64,000 bases of DNA, taken from contig CAZWOX010000011.1 of the NCBI GenBank assembly GCA_964635345.1, positions 13,213-77,212 of the forward strand. The letters run 5' to 3'. Shown here piece by piece: positions 37,517 to 49,509 of the stretch (its first letter is position 1; every line of letters begins with the position of its first letter). A program made the translations under genes and the position numbers. The notes under the pieces were generated by a model, which did not search any database, had not been told where the DNA came from, and saw only the letters and a list, made by a program, of their open reading frames with translations. Source of the stretch: an uncultured Nitrospira sp. Lineage in GTDB: Bacteria; Nitrospirota; Nitrospiria; Nitrospirales; Nitrospiraceae.

Positions 37517-38062
37517 TTAACGCAGCGACGCGGCCTTTACCGGCTCTTGTTTTTGGATACGCGCAACGATTTCGTTAATCTTCTGCTCCGTCAGCAGCCC
37601 GCCCTTGATGTATTCCTGGACGACGCCTTTTTCATCGATGAACACGCTCACGGGCAGCCCGAACACCCCGAACTGATTGGCCACTTTGTTGTCGCGGTCC
37701 ATCAGGACCGGAAAGGTATGGCCGTGGGTCTTGATATGTTCTCGGACCTTGGCTTCATCTTCCAGTTCGTTGACCGCCAGCACGACAAATCCTTTTTCAC
37801 GCAGCTTGTCGTAGCAGACCTGCATCGCCGGCATTTCCGTGGTGCAGGGCTTGCACCAGGTAGCCCAAAAATTCAGGAGGACGACCTTCCCTCGATACTG
37901 GCTGAGGCTGTGGGTCTTGCCGTCAAGATCGGTGAGTCGAAAATCTTCGACTTGCATCCCGACTGCCGGCACGCGACTCCCCATGCTCCAACCATCGAAC
38001 ACCGACAGCCCCAGCACGGCGACCAGAACACTCACATAGACGAGAGCCTTCTTCATGGTCAT
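37517..38062 (-). CDS. TlpA/ResA-like thiol-disulfide reductase
   Basis: DFRLTDLDG, VLLNFWATWCKPCTTEMP, GLPVSVFIDEKG. Confidence 0.92.
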   Translation of the reverse strand: MTMKKALVYVSVLVAVLGLSVFDGWSMGSRVPAVGMQVEDFRLTDLDGKTHSLSQYRGKVVLLNFWATWCKPCTTEMPAMQVCYDKLREKGFVVLAVNELEDEAKVREHIKTHGHTFPVLMDRDNKVANQFGVFGLPVSVFIDEKGVVQEYIKGGLLTEQKINEIVARIQKQEPVKAASLR

Positions 38063-38087
38063 CCCCCCAATCCCGGCAATGCTGCCT

Positions 38088-39188
38088 TCACGACGGCTTG
38101 ATCATCTGGAATGATTTCGTAATCCCCATAATAAAACTCGTGCCCTGCGCAAGGTTGTTATTGGCATCTCGCGCGATCGGAATTTGCGAATAGAAGTAGA
38201 CGGATGTCGCCTCCGTCCAAGGAGACGTAATGAGATCCCCCAGGCTGACTTGGAACCCTGGTGTGTAGGCAAAGTAACTCGACCCAGTGTTGGGTACCCG
38301 GCGATTCATGACTGTCGGATCGATGACGGTCGGGTCCGCCCCCGCAAAGGGCGCTGCAGATTGTTCCAAGTTCGCTCGAACGTTGTCGTGGACGAGGTAG
38401 CGATAATTGAATTGGTTCGTCACCACCAACCAGGGCACCGTCACAAGGTTAACGCCAAAGTTAAAGAGAAACTCGTCACCGAACTGGTAGCCGTCTCGGT
38501 TGCGGAACGTATGCCGATAACTGCCGAACGCGAATTGATTGAGCCGATTTGGGATCAGTTCATAGGTCTGGTAGAGCGATCCGATCAAACCCACGTTCCC
38601 CCGTCCCAGCTGTCCTGACGACTCAAGCACGCCCCCCCCGCTATCCCGTGCTCGCGTGTCACCCGTCGGCAAATCCATACCGAGTCCCATCACCACCATG
38701 TTACGGAGCGTCGGCAACACGTTGTACTTCGCCGTGACCCGCATATCGCCGATCCCATTATCTGAAAAATGGGAGTTCTCGCCAAACTCAGTTGCCGACT
38801 CACCGATACCGTCAATGTGGTTATGCTTGCGCTTGAGATAGGGCACGGTCACTTGCACCGCAAACCGGTCGGTGACCCCGTAGTTCATGTCGAGCGTGTA
38901 GGTTTGCGTGATGGTCCTTGTTTCCTGATGGTGATCCAAAATCAACCGTCGATTAGCCTGATCGGCAGCGGGAATAATGCCGCTCGTCCCACCGAGCAAT
39001 CGCATGGGGGTGTAGTTGTACATCCCGTTGACGGTCAGAACGCCTTCCTGCGGAACTTGCTGCTGAGAACCAATCACAACAAAGCAATTCACCGCTCCGC
39101 AGGAGGCTGAGGCGCTAGGCGCAAAGGACAGGGAACTCACGACACTGATAATGGCAGCAGCAATAAGGACGCGACCTGAAACCTTCAT
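38088..39188 (-). CDS. Outer-membrane beta-barrel transporter, paralog A (His-containing loops)
   Basis: Signal peptide then SCGAVNCF; DHHQE and KHNH loops; GIGDM; GMDLPTG; clear paralog of 36037-37107. Confidence 0.8.
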   Translation of the reverse strand: MKVSGRVLIAAAIISVVSSLSFAPSASASCGAVNCFVVIGSQQQVPQEGVLTVNGMYNYTPMRLLGGTSGIIPAADQANRRLILDHHQETRTITQTYTLDMNYGVTDRFAVQVTVPYLKRKHNHIDGIGESATEFGENSHFSDNGIGDMRVTAKYNVLPTLRNMVVMGLGMDLPTGDTRARDSGGGVLESSGQLGRGNVGLIGSLYQTYELIPNRLNQFAFGSYRHTFRNRDGYQFGDEFLFNFGVNLVTVPWLVVTNQFNYRYLVHDNVRANLEQSAAPFAGADPTVIDPTVMNRRVPNTGSSYFAYTPGFQVSLGDLITSPWTEATSVYFYSQIPIARDANNNLAQGTSFIMGITKSFQMIKPS

Positions 39189-39340
39189 CTCTTTTCAACC
39201 TTTCCTTCTTCGCTCTGTACTGCCAGGCATATCAAGCGCGATGTTCTATGGGTGGAACGCCCAAGAGCCCCACTATGTTTGAATCGAACGTTGTGCCCGA
39301 TAGATCGGGATCAACGGCTATTCACACAGAGCAGGATGAA

Positions 39341-39655
39341 CTAGATGGTCGAAGAGGCTGGAGGCCCGCGAGAGGTCGTTCGATGAAGGGGATTATTGAA
39401 GGCTGAAACCCTGCTGTAGGGCTCTGACCACGCCACAGGGGCGAGATCGATGAGATACGGAACGGTGCCGTGATCCAGGACATTCCCGGCTGCGCACATC
39501 CAGGAACAGAGCACGGTGCTATGGGTGGTTTTCTGATGGTGCGTATTATGATGGGATTCGTGCGAGATCGACTGCGCCGAGGCGAGCCCCCCGACCACAA
39601 GAATACACAGAACAAGAAGACAGGCAAGAAGCCGTGCGATCACACCCTGCATCAT
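39341..39655 (-). CDS. Leader peptide L1 (His-rich, CSWMC, RGPP)
   Basis: C-terminal 104 aa of track ORF 39341..40327: MMQGVIARLLACLLVLC..SHESHHNTHHQKTTHSTVLCSWMC, 41-aa spacer, RGPP. Confidence 0.82.
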   Translation of the reverse strand: MMQGVIARLLACLLVLCILVVGGLASAQSISHESHHNTHHQKTTHSTVLCSWMCAAGNVLDHGTVPYLIDLAPVAWSEPYSRVSAFNNPLHRTTSRGPPASSTI

Positions 39656-39685
39656 ATTCCACACCGTAACAGGACCGGCGGGTAG

Positions 39686-39715
39686 ATAGTACTGGACTGC
39701 CGCTGAAAGAGTCAA
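39686..39715 (-). promoter_or_regulatory. Putative sigma70 promoter of the metal array
   Basis: TTGACT-N18-TACTAT about 30 bp upstream of L1. Confidence 0.55.
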
Positions 39716-39850
39716 TGCACCTGCTCCGCAGGAACCCAGTGCCTTCCTGGTAGGATTCGCAAAAAGTTTGTTGTATACTGCGCGGACTATTTTGTGCGGT
39801 AGATCGACCTCTCCCGCAAGTACTATCCTAACGACTCGACGACATCCTCT

Positions 39851-42586
<2,736 letters not shown>

Positions 42587-43327
42587 AGGCGCTCGGCTGA
42601 CGAAGGGCGCGCACCTCGGCGCCGGCATGATGCGTCGGTTTCTTTCCGGCTACTGATCCTCCTAGCACCTCCCTCGCGCGACTATACAACGCGCCGAAGC
42701 GCCGCAAGCCGTCGCGCGAGGATCGCCATGCGTCTCTGTGCTTCGGAGTCGCCATGCCGGACGCCTTCGGCCCGCATCCCTTCCAGCCGAGCATAGAGAA
42801 AGGACGAAGTCAGAAGAAGAGCGGCCGCCAGAGATCGCCAAGTACGGTTCCCTCGCCTTCACGATTCGCAGACCCAGGAATATAGGGATTTCGATTTCCC
42901 ATCCTCTCCAGAGTCAGACTGATATTGCCTTGCGAGCGACTTGCCGCCCATCCTGGCACCGTTCCGACGAACCGCTGCGCCTCGCCTTGCGAGTGACGCC
43001 GATGTCTGAAGTTCCGTCCCGCCATGCGACGGACGGAATGAGTTTCGGCGTCAAGCAGTCGGTAAGGCAGGAAGCGATCGAATGGCGGCTCAGAAGCGAG
43101 CGAGGCGCTGCGATTCCGCCATTATGTGCGTAAGGAATCAGATCCCTTGGCCGACTGAAAGCTGATTCGGCGGCAGGCCTCAATCTGCGGGGCTTTCCGG
43201 CTTCCTTCGCTCCGCTCCTTGCAACCTTCCCGCTCCTTCTCCTAGAATTCCCCACATCTATTGACAGGTCGCCGGCGGCCTGTCGTTGTCTTCATTTCGG
43301 ACCTCCATTCAACACCGGTGGATCTCT

Positions 43328-44131
43328 ATGGAGCAGGTTCGTTCGGCCTCCCCGCTGGAATGGATGGGGGCAAAAACCCTGAAGGCCTTGGTCTATGTGA
43401 CGGAGCTGGCCACACTCGTGGTTCGCGCCGTCTGGGAATTCCTCACAGCCTGGCGGCGCGGAGGAGGCGAGGCGTTCCGGATCATCAGTCGCCAGATCCT
43501 CTTTACCGGCGTGGATGCCCTGCCGGTCGTGAGCACGATTGCGCTCATGCTCGGCGTGATCGTCATCACACAGGCCGGCACTCAACTGCCGCGCGTCGGC
43601 GCGGATAAACTCATCGGCAACATTATCGTCTTGACCGTGATCAGGGAACTCGGCCCGCTTCTGGCTGCCTTTATCGTGATTTGGCGATCGGGAACGGCCA
43701 TCGCCGTGGAACTCGGCAACATGCAGGTGGCCCAGGAAGTGACCGCCCTGGAGCTGATGGGCATCTCCGTGGCGCGATTTGTGATCATGCCGCGATTGGT
43801 CGGCATGGCGGTCGCGATGGTCTGCCTGGCCTTCTATTTCGATTTCGTGGCCGTGCTCGGAGGGTTTCTCGTCGCGAAACTGGAGCTCACGATTCCCTTC
43901 GCGGCCTTCGCGCGATCCGTCTTACACGCGCTGACCTCGATGGACATCGTCATCACAGCCTTCAAGAGCGCCCTCTTCGGACTCATCATCGCGTCGGTTG
44001 GTTGCCACCACGGACTCTCGGTCGGGCTATCCGCTACGGAAGTGCCGCAGCAGACGACCAGGGCCATGATCAATGCCGTGACGATGTGTCTGCTCCTGGA
44101 CATCGTCGTCGCGTTGGCGGTGTACCTCTGA
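43328..44131 (+). CDS. MlaE-family ABC transporter permease
   Basis: RELGPLLAAFIV..RSGTAIAVELGNM..EVTALELMGI..PR; start uncertain (43286 or 43328). Confidence 0.9.
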   Translation: MEQVRSASPLEWMGAKTLKALVYVTELATLVVRAVWEFLTAWRRGGGEAFRIISRQILFTGVDALPVVSTIALMLGVIVITQAGTQLPRVGADKLIGNIIVLTVIRELGPLLAAFIVIWRSGTAIAVELGNMQVAQEVTALELMGISVARFVIMPRLVGMAVAMVCLAFYFDFVAVLGGFLVAKLELTIPFAAFARSVLHALTSMDIVITAFKSALFGLIIASVGCHHGLSVGLSATEVPQQTTRAMINAVTMCLLLDIVVALAVYL

Positions 44132-44853
44132 TGCCGAAGGCGATCGAATTCAGCGACGTGGAGTTGTCGGACGGCGAGGGCGCCCGAGTCTGTCTCAATC
44201 TCACCGTAGAAGTCGGGCAATGCCTGGCGCTCGTGGGGCCCCTCCGGGCCGGAGCCGACCTGATATTGCGGGCATGTGTCGGCCTGATCAGGCCGGAGCG
44301 GGGACGCGCGATGGTCCTCGGAACAGAGGTGAGCAGCGCAACCGACGACGAACTGTTGGCCTTGAGGCTGCGCTGCGGAGCCGTCTTTCTTCGCCCAGGG
44401 CTCTTGAGCAACTTCACCGTGTTCAACAACATCGCCCTGCCGCTTCGCTTTCACGGGATGGCCCGCGAGGACCAGATCGAGCCCATGATTGCGGCACGGC
44501 TCGAGGCGATCGGATTGTCCGCCCGTCGGGATCGGTTCCCCGGAGAATTGACGCAAGGCGAATCACGCAGCGTCGCCTTGATCCGCGCCCTGATCCACCA
44601 ACCCGACTTGCTGCTCCTCGAGGATCCCGGCTGCGGGCTGGACATGGACCTGCTCGGAAAATGGCTGGCGTTGCTGGGCAATGAACGGCGGACTCGGCCC
44701 ATCACCCTGGTCATGACCGCCCACCAACCCCGCGGGCTGCTTGAGTTGGCCGACACCGTGGTCGCGCTACGCGCCGGGCGGGTCGAACAGATCGGGACGC
44801 CGGCCGACCTGCGCAGGGTCGAGAGCGGCCCAACGGCGGCCTACTTGCAGTGA
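44131..44853 (+). CDS. MlaF-like ABC ATP-binding subunit with degenerate catalytic motifs
   Basis: LLSNFTVFNNIALPL and ALIHQPDLLLL are MlaF-like; Walker A reads GPLRAGAD, signature LTQGE, Walker B LLLEDP. Confidence 0.8.
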   Translation: MPKAIEFSDVELSDGEGARVCLNLTVEVGQCLALVGPLRAGADLILRACVGLIRPERGRAMVLGTEVSSATDDELLALRLRCGAVFLRPGLLSNFTVFNNIALPLRFHGMAREDQIEPMIAARLEAIGLSARRDRFPGELTQGESRSVALIRALIHQPDLLLLEDPGCGLDMDLLGKWLALLGNERRTRPITLVMTAHQPRGLLELADTVVALRAGRVEQIGTPADLRRVESGPTAAYLQ

Positions 44854-44895
44854 TATCACATGAACCGGCAAAGACCAAATTCAACGATGAGGTGA

Positions 44896-45882
44896 TTGAT
44901 GCAACTCCATTACTCCCACCGGCTCTCGTCCGGAGGAATCGCTCGCATCGTCGGGACCTTCGTCCTGCTTCCCGCGCTCGGCATCATCGTGCTGGCCGTC
45001 TTCATGGCCAAGACCGAGGGCCTGTTCAAACCGCACTACCGCCTGCACACGCTCCTGAGCGAATCCTTCGATTTGGAACCAGGCGCCTCGGTGGTCATTT
45101 CCGGCATTCCGATCGGGCGGGTGGAGACGATCACCCTGACCGAAGGGAGTAAGATCGACGTGCAACTCGACCTTTTTCAGGAATTTCAAGACAGGATTCG
45201 CCAGGACTCAGTCGCCGTCGTGGCGAAGAGCAGTCCGCTGGTAGGCCCCACCCAGGTCCGGATCAAGATCGGCGATCCGGCGAAACCGGTCATTCCCGAC
45301 GGCGGCCTGATCACGGCGGAAGAGCCGGAGGATGTAGCAGAGGTCCTCAAAGACGTGCCGGCGCTGGTGGAAACCATCAAACGGAGCCTCGCCGAAGTCG
45401 AAGCCGTCACCAAGGACCTGCGGGGCACCGTACAGACGGGCGGGCGCGTGTTGGCCGATGTGGAAACGGCGAGCAAGGAATTGCCCGCTACCATGGCGTC
45501 GGTGCAACGATCTCTGGCCTCGGTCGAGAAGGCGACGGCCGGCTTGCCGGAAGTGACCCGCTCGGTGAAGAAAACCGTCGAGTCGGTCGATCGGGCCGTC
45601 GAGGATGTCCGCGTCAGCACCCAGCGGTTGCCCGGCATCGTCGAGACCGCTCAGGAGTCGCTCAACAACGTCAAAGCCTCGACCGAATCGCTGAAGACGA
45701 CATCAAAGCTCCTGCGGCCCATAGTCCGATCGGCGAAGGTGACCCTTGACGAGACCACCACGATCCTCCGGGGAGCCAAGAACACCTGGCCCGTCAGCAC
45801 GTTCGTCAAGAATGCCGCGCCCGAGGCTCCCCTGTCCGATACCGACGCCGTCAGCCTTCGAGGCGATCACGTTCCCCAGTGA
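44896..45882 (+). CDS. MlaD/MCE family protein
   Basis: N-terminal TM, LEPGASVVISGIPIGRV MCE motif, long helical C-terminus. Confidence 0.88.
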   Translation: MMQLHYSHRLSSGGIARIVGTFVLLPALGIIVLAVFMAKTEGLFKPHYRLHTLLSESFDLEPGASVVISGIPIGRVETITLTEGSKIDVQLDLFQEFQDRIRQDSVAVVAKSSPLVGPTQVRIKIGDPAKPVIPDGGLITAEEPEDVAEVLKDVPALVETIKRSLAEVEAVTKDLRGTVQTGGRVLADVETASKELPATMASVQRSLASVEKATAGLPEVTRSVKKTVESVDRAVEDVRVSTQRLPGIVETAQESLNNVKASTESLKTTSKLLRPIVRSAKVTLDETTTILRGAKNTWPVSTFVKNAAPEAPLSDTDAVSLRGDHVPQ

Positions 45883-46829
45883 GCGACGCGATGATAAGAC
45901 GCGGCATAATCGGGATGACTTTCGCAATGGTCTGTTTCGTCGGGTGCGGAACCGGTCCTGAACAGAAGCCGCCGCCGCCCCGGCTCTTGTCGCAGGTCCG
46001 TGAGTGGCAAACTCAAGGACATCGGTTGCTGGCTCAAGGCGAATGGGAACTTGCCAAGACCGCCTTCGAAGACGCCGGGCAGTTAGCCGAAAGCCTGGAT
46101 GACCTCCCCGGCGTCGTGGACGCCCTGAACAGCCTCGGCGCCATCGCAGTTCAGGAGCAGCGGCCTGATAGTGCCGTGCCGCTGCATCGTCGGGCGCTCG
46201 GCCTGGCCGAGTATTCCCGCCAGCCTTCCCTGATCCTGCCATCTCTCACAAAGCTCGCGAGCGCGCTTCACGCCGCCGGGCACACGGCCGAAGCGCAAGA
46301 GCGCTATCAGATCGCGCTGAGCCTCGCGCAGCAATCCGGCGACCGCAAACACGAAGCGGTCGTGCTCAACAACCTTGGCCTCCTGGAGTTGACGTCCGGC
46401 GCGTACGAGGCCGCAAAAACTAAGTTCGAATCGGCGGCGGCGATCAATCAATCGCTCAATGAGCCGCGAGAACGGTCGGCCAATCTGTTGAATCTCGGAT
46501 TGGTGGCGGAGGCGCAAGGCGATCTCGATGCCGCGCAGCGGCGGTTCGAGTCGGCGCTGGAGATGGACAAGGCCGGCGAGCAGCAACCGGCCATTGCCGG
46601 CGACCTGGTCGCTTTGGCCCGCGTGCTGGACAAACGCGGTGATAAACCCGCCGCGTTTTCCTATTACCAGCGCGCGTACGGAGCGTATAAGGCGCTCGAC
46701 TATCCGTCGAGGGCCAAAGAACTCTTGCAGCGGCTCGCGGCCTTGGCCGGTGAACTCGGTCGGAGGAAGGAATTGGGCTGGCTGGAAGAGGAACTGAAGA
46801 GCGTGAAAGGGGCGGCAGTTTCCCGGTAG
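45879..46829 (+). CDS. TPR-repeat lipoprotein
   Basis: Lipobox FVGC; TPR repeats (LNSLGAI, LNNLGLL, LLNLGLV). Confidence 0.85.
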   Translation: MSDAMIRRGIIGMTFAMVCFVGCGTGPEQKPPPPRLLSQVREWQTQGHRLLAQGEWELAKTAFEDAGQLAESLDDLPGVVDALNSLGAIAVQEQRPDSAVPLHRRALGLAEYSRQPSLILPSLTKLASALHAAGHTAEAQERYQIALSLAQQSGDRKHEAVVLNNLGLLELTSGAYEAAKTKFESAAAINQSLNEPRERSANLLNLGLVAEAQGDLDAAQRRFESALEMDKAGEQQPAIAGDLVALARVLDKRGDKPAAFSYYQRAYGAYKALDYPSRAKELLQRLAALAGELGRRKELGWLEEELKSVKGAAVSR

Positions 46830-46853
46830 TTCGCTCCAGAACCGGCCAGCTCC

Positions 46854-46946
<93 letters not shown>

Positions 46947-47180
46947 GTTCCCAATAGCCCGATTTTCCCTTCAATCCCGCTCGCCTGCTTTGGTGTGCAT
47001 CCCGGCCGATTTCGTGTGAGATTAGCCAGCCAATCCATCTGATTTCGCCTTGACTTAGCGAAGGCTGGAAGGCTGCTCTAGCCCACTTTTTGACCGTCTC
47101 GACGGGTGACGTCTACCTGTACCTGCCGTGGGTCGGTGTCTTCATTGACGCGCCTTGTCAGCAGAGAAACGGACTTCTTT

Positions 47181-48359
47181 GTGACGATCGGGCATCCTGA
47201 ACTCGTTGCCGCCATGACCGCCGAGATTGCCGCCTCGGGTCCGATACCCTTCGTCCGTTTTATGGAACTGGCGCTTTATCACCCGCAATTCGGCTACTAC
47301 ATGCGCCCGCCGGAGTCCGGCGCCGAGCGCATCGGCTGGTCCGGCGACTTCTATACCAGTTCGGACGTCCATCCGATTCTCGGCCAGGCGCTGGCGAAAC
47401 AAGCACGGCAACTCGACGCCTTCCTGGGACACCCCGATCCGTTCACCGTCGTCGAAATGGGACCGGGAAAAGGCTTGCTGGCCAAGCATTTCCTGTCGGC
47501 CTGCCGCGTGAATCCCGACGACTCGTTCAGCCGGCGCCTCCGCTATGTGCTCATTGAGCGCAGCCCGGCCATGCGGGAGTTGCAGCGCCGGAATCTGCTG
47601 CACGGGCTCTGTGAACCGGGCCGTATTACCTGGCTCGAAGGACTCGACTCGCTGGCGGAACAGAGCGTCACCGGCCTGTTATTCAGCAACGAGCTGCCCG
47701 ACGCGTTTCCGGTCCACCGAATCCAGATTGAACAGGGCCAGGCGCAGGAAATCTTTGTCGACTTCGACGGCGCCACCTTCGTGGAATGCCTCCGCCCTTT
47801 GTCGTCGCCGGAAATCCGGCAATATCTAGCCGATTTAAAGCTCTCGCTGCCGGAGGGCTACCAGACCGAGATCAACACAGCCGCGGTCGGTTGGATGGAA
47901 CAGGTGGCCCGCGCGATCGATCGCGGCCTGGCGATTACGATCGATTACGGCCACACCGCGCAGGATCTCTATGGACCCGATCGCGCGAAAGGGACGCTGC
48001 TTTGTTACTACTCGCAGCTGACCTCCGAAAATCCCTATGAGCGGGTCGGCCTCCAGGACATGACCTCCCATGTGGACTTTTCGACCCTCGCCACCGTCGG
48101 CGAAACGCACGGTCTGCGCGTCACGGGATTTACCAATCAGATGAGTTTCCTGATAGGCCTTGGCGTTGAAGAGATGATGGCGGAGTTGGAACCGGAGAGC
48201 CCGGAGTTTCGTGCGGCGATTCACCTCTTGAGACCGGATGGCATGGGCAGCACCTTCAAAGTGCTGGTGCAGCATAAAGAAATCGAGCGCCCGGAGCTCG
48301 ACGGCTTGAAGTTCAAACCGTTCTTCGGTTCGGCGCTGGCGATTCGATCCGCTGCGTGA
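47181..48359 (+). CDS. SAM-dependent methyltransferase, MidA/NDUFAF7 family
   Basis: FMELALYHPQFGYY, GDFYTS, VEMGPGKG, NELPDAFP, IDYG, QDMTSHVDF, MGSTFKVL; GTG start assumed. Confidence 0.92.
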   Translation: MTIGHPELVAAMTAEIAASGPIPFVRFMELALYHPQFGYYMRPPESGAERIGWSGDFYTSSDVHPILGQALAKQARQLDAFLGHPDPFTVVEMGPGKGLLAKHFLSACRVNPDDSFSRRLRYVLIERSPAMRELQRRNLLHGLCEPGRITWLEGLDSLAEQSVTGLLFSNELPDAFPVHRIQIEQGQAQEIFVDFDGATFVECLRPLSSPEIRQYLADLKLSLPEGYQTEINTAAVGWMEQVARAIDRGLAITIDYGHTAQDLYGPDRAKGTLLCYYSQLTSENPYERVGLQDMTSHVDFSTLATVGETHGLRVTGFTNQMSFLIGLGVEEMMAELEPESPEFRAAIHLLRPDGMGSTFKVLVQHKEIERPELDGLKFKPFFGSALAIRSAA

Positions 48360-48396
48360 GAGCAATTAGAAGATCATGGCGTTTCTGACATCCGAC

Positions 48397-48427
48397 AACT
48401 CATCACCCATCACCCATCACCCATCAC
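48397..48427. repeat. 7-bp tandem repeat (YCATCAC x4)
   Basis: actcatcacccatcacccatcacccatcac upstream of nuoA. Confidence 0.75.
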
Positions 48428-48430
48428 GGG

Positions 48431-48808
48431 TTGTTCATGGGTAACACCGCAGTTCCAGCGAACTACCTTCCGATCCTCCTGTTTATCGGGATTGCGATCG
48501 CCTTCGGCGCCGTGTCGCTGCTGGCCGGCTGGTTCGTCAGGCCGAGCCGGCCCTACCGGGCCAAATTGGCGCCCTACGAGAGCGGCAGCCCGCTGTTTCA
48601 GGATGCCCGCGTCCAGATCCCGATGCGCTATTACATCATCGCGATGCTGTTCGTGATCTTCGATATCGAAACCGTCTATATGTTTCCCTGGGCGGTGGCA
48701 TTTTCGAAGCTCGGGTTCGTCGGGCTCGCGGAAATGGTGACTTTCATCGGCATTCTGGTCGTCGGATTCTGGTATGCCTGGAAGAAGGGGGCGCTCGAAT
48801 GGGATTGA
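48431..48808 (+). CDS. nuoA: NADH-quinone oxidoreductase subunit A
   Basis: KLAPYESG, YYIIAMLFVIFDIE, WKKGALEWD. Confidence 0.96.
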   Translation: MFMGNTAVPANYLPILLFIGIAIAFGAVSLLAGWFVRPSRPYRAKLAPYESGSPLFQDARVQIPMRYYIIAMLFVIFDIETVYMFPWAVAFSKLGFVGLAEMVTFIGILVVGFWYAWKKGALEWD

Positions 48809-48941
48809 GCTGGTCCTGTCGCCGACCAATTCATTCGTCCTCGCTCCACCCATCCCCCAGTGGGTCCCTTCCGCTGCGGGCGAATGAATTGCTCGACACC
48901 ACCCGCTCAAGCATTCTCGCAATAAAGGTGAAGAGGACCGG

Positions 48942-49421
48942 ATGAGCTTTTTAGAACGGCAGTTTGAAGCCAATATCATCACGACGAACCTGGATGCGGT
49001 CGTGAACTGGGCGCGGAAGTCGGCCATCTGGCCGATGACCTTCGGCCTCGCCTGCTGCGCCATCGAGATGATCGCCAGCGTGTCGTCCCGCTACGATCTC
49101 GACCGGTTCGGCGCGGGCGTGTTCCGCGCCTCCCCACGCCAGTCGGACCTGATGATCATTGCCGGCACCGTCACACGCAAGATGGCTCCCGTGATCCGCC
49201 GGATTTACGATCAGATGCCGGAGCCGCGCTATGTGATTTCGATGGGCTCCTGCGCCACCTCCGGCAATCACTACAACAGCTACGCGGTCGTGCAAGGCGT
49301 CGATCAGATCATTCCGGTGGATGTGTATGTGCCGGGCTGCCCCCCGCGGCCGGAGGCGTTGCTGGACGGATTACTGAAACTCCAAGAGAAGATTCAACGT
49401 GAAAAGGTGTTTGTGAAATAG
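48942..49421 (+). CDS. nuoB: NADH-quinone oxidoreductase subunit B
   Basis: [25 protein letters not shown]. Confidence 0.97.
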   Translation: MSFLERQFEANIITTNLDAVVNWARKSAIWPMTFGLACCAIEMIASVSSRYDLDRFGAGVFRASPRQSDLMIIAGTVTRKMAPVIRRIYDQMPEPRYVISMGSCATSGNHYNSYAVVQGVDQIIPVDVYVPGCPPRPEALLDGLLKLQEKIQREKVFVK

Positions 49422-49498
49422 CCCGCGAGACGCGCGAAAGTGGCGGGACGTGCGTGACTAAACAATCGCGCTTTTCTCGCAAGTCGCGCGCCTCTCGC
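49422..49498. repeat. Inverted 9-bp-period repeat hairpin
   Basis: cgcgagacg cgcgaaagt ggcgggacg tgcgtgac ... tcgcgcttt tctcgcaag tcgcgcgcc tctcgc. Confidence 0.65.
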
Positions 49499-49509
49499 AA
49501 GATGACACT

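Noticed and set aside
39301-39314. Second FNR-like box TAGAT-cggg-ATCAA
   Set aside because: One mismatch, lies downstream of L1 within a hairpin; better explained as RNA structure.
43681-44130. N-terminal extension of the ABC ATPase ORF (also 16225-16392, 30099-30281, 37108-37446, 22378-22827)
   Set aside because: These extensions overlap neighbouring real genes; internal ATGs with translational coupling, an RBS or a signal peptide are more plausible.
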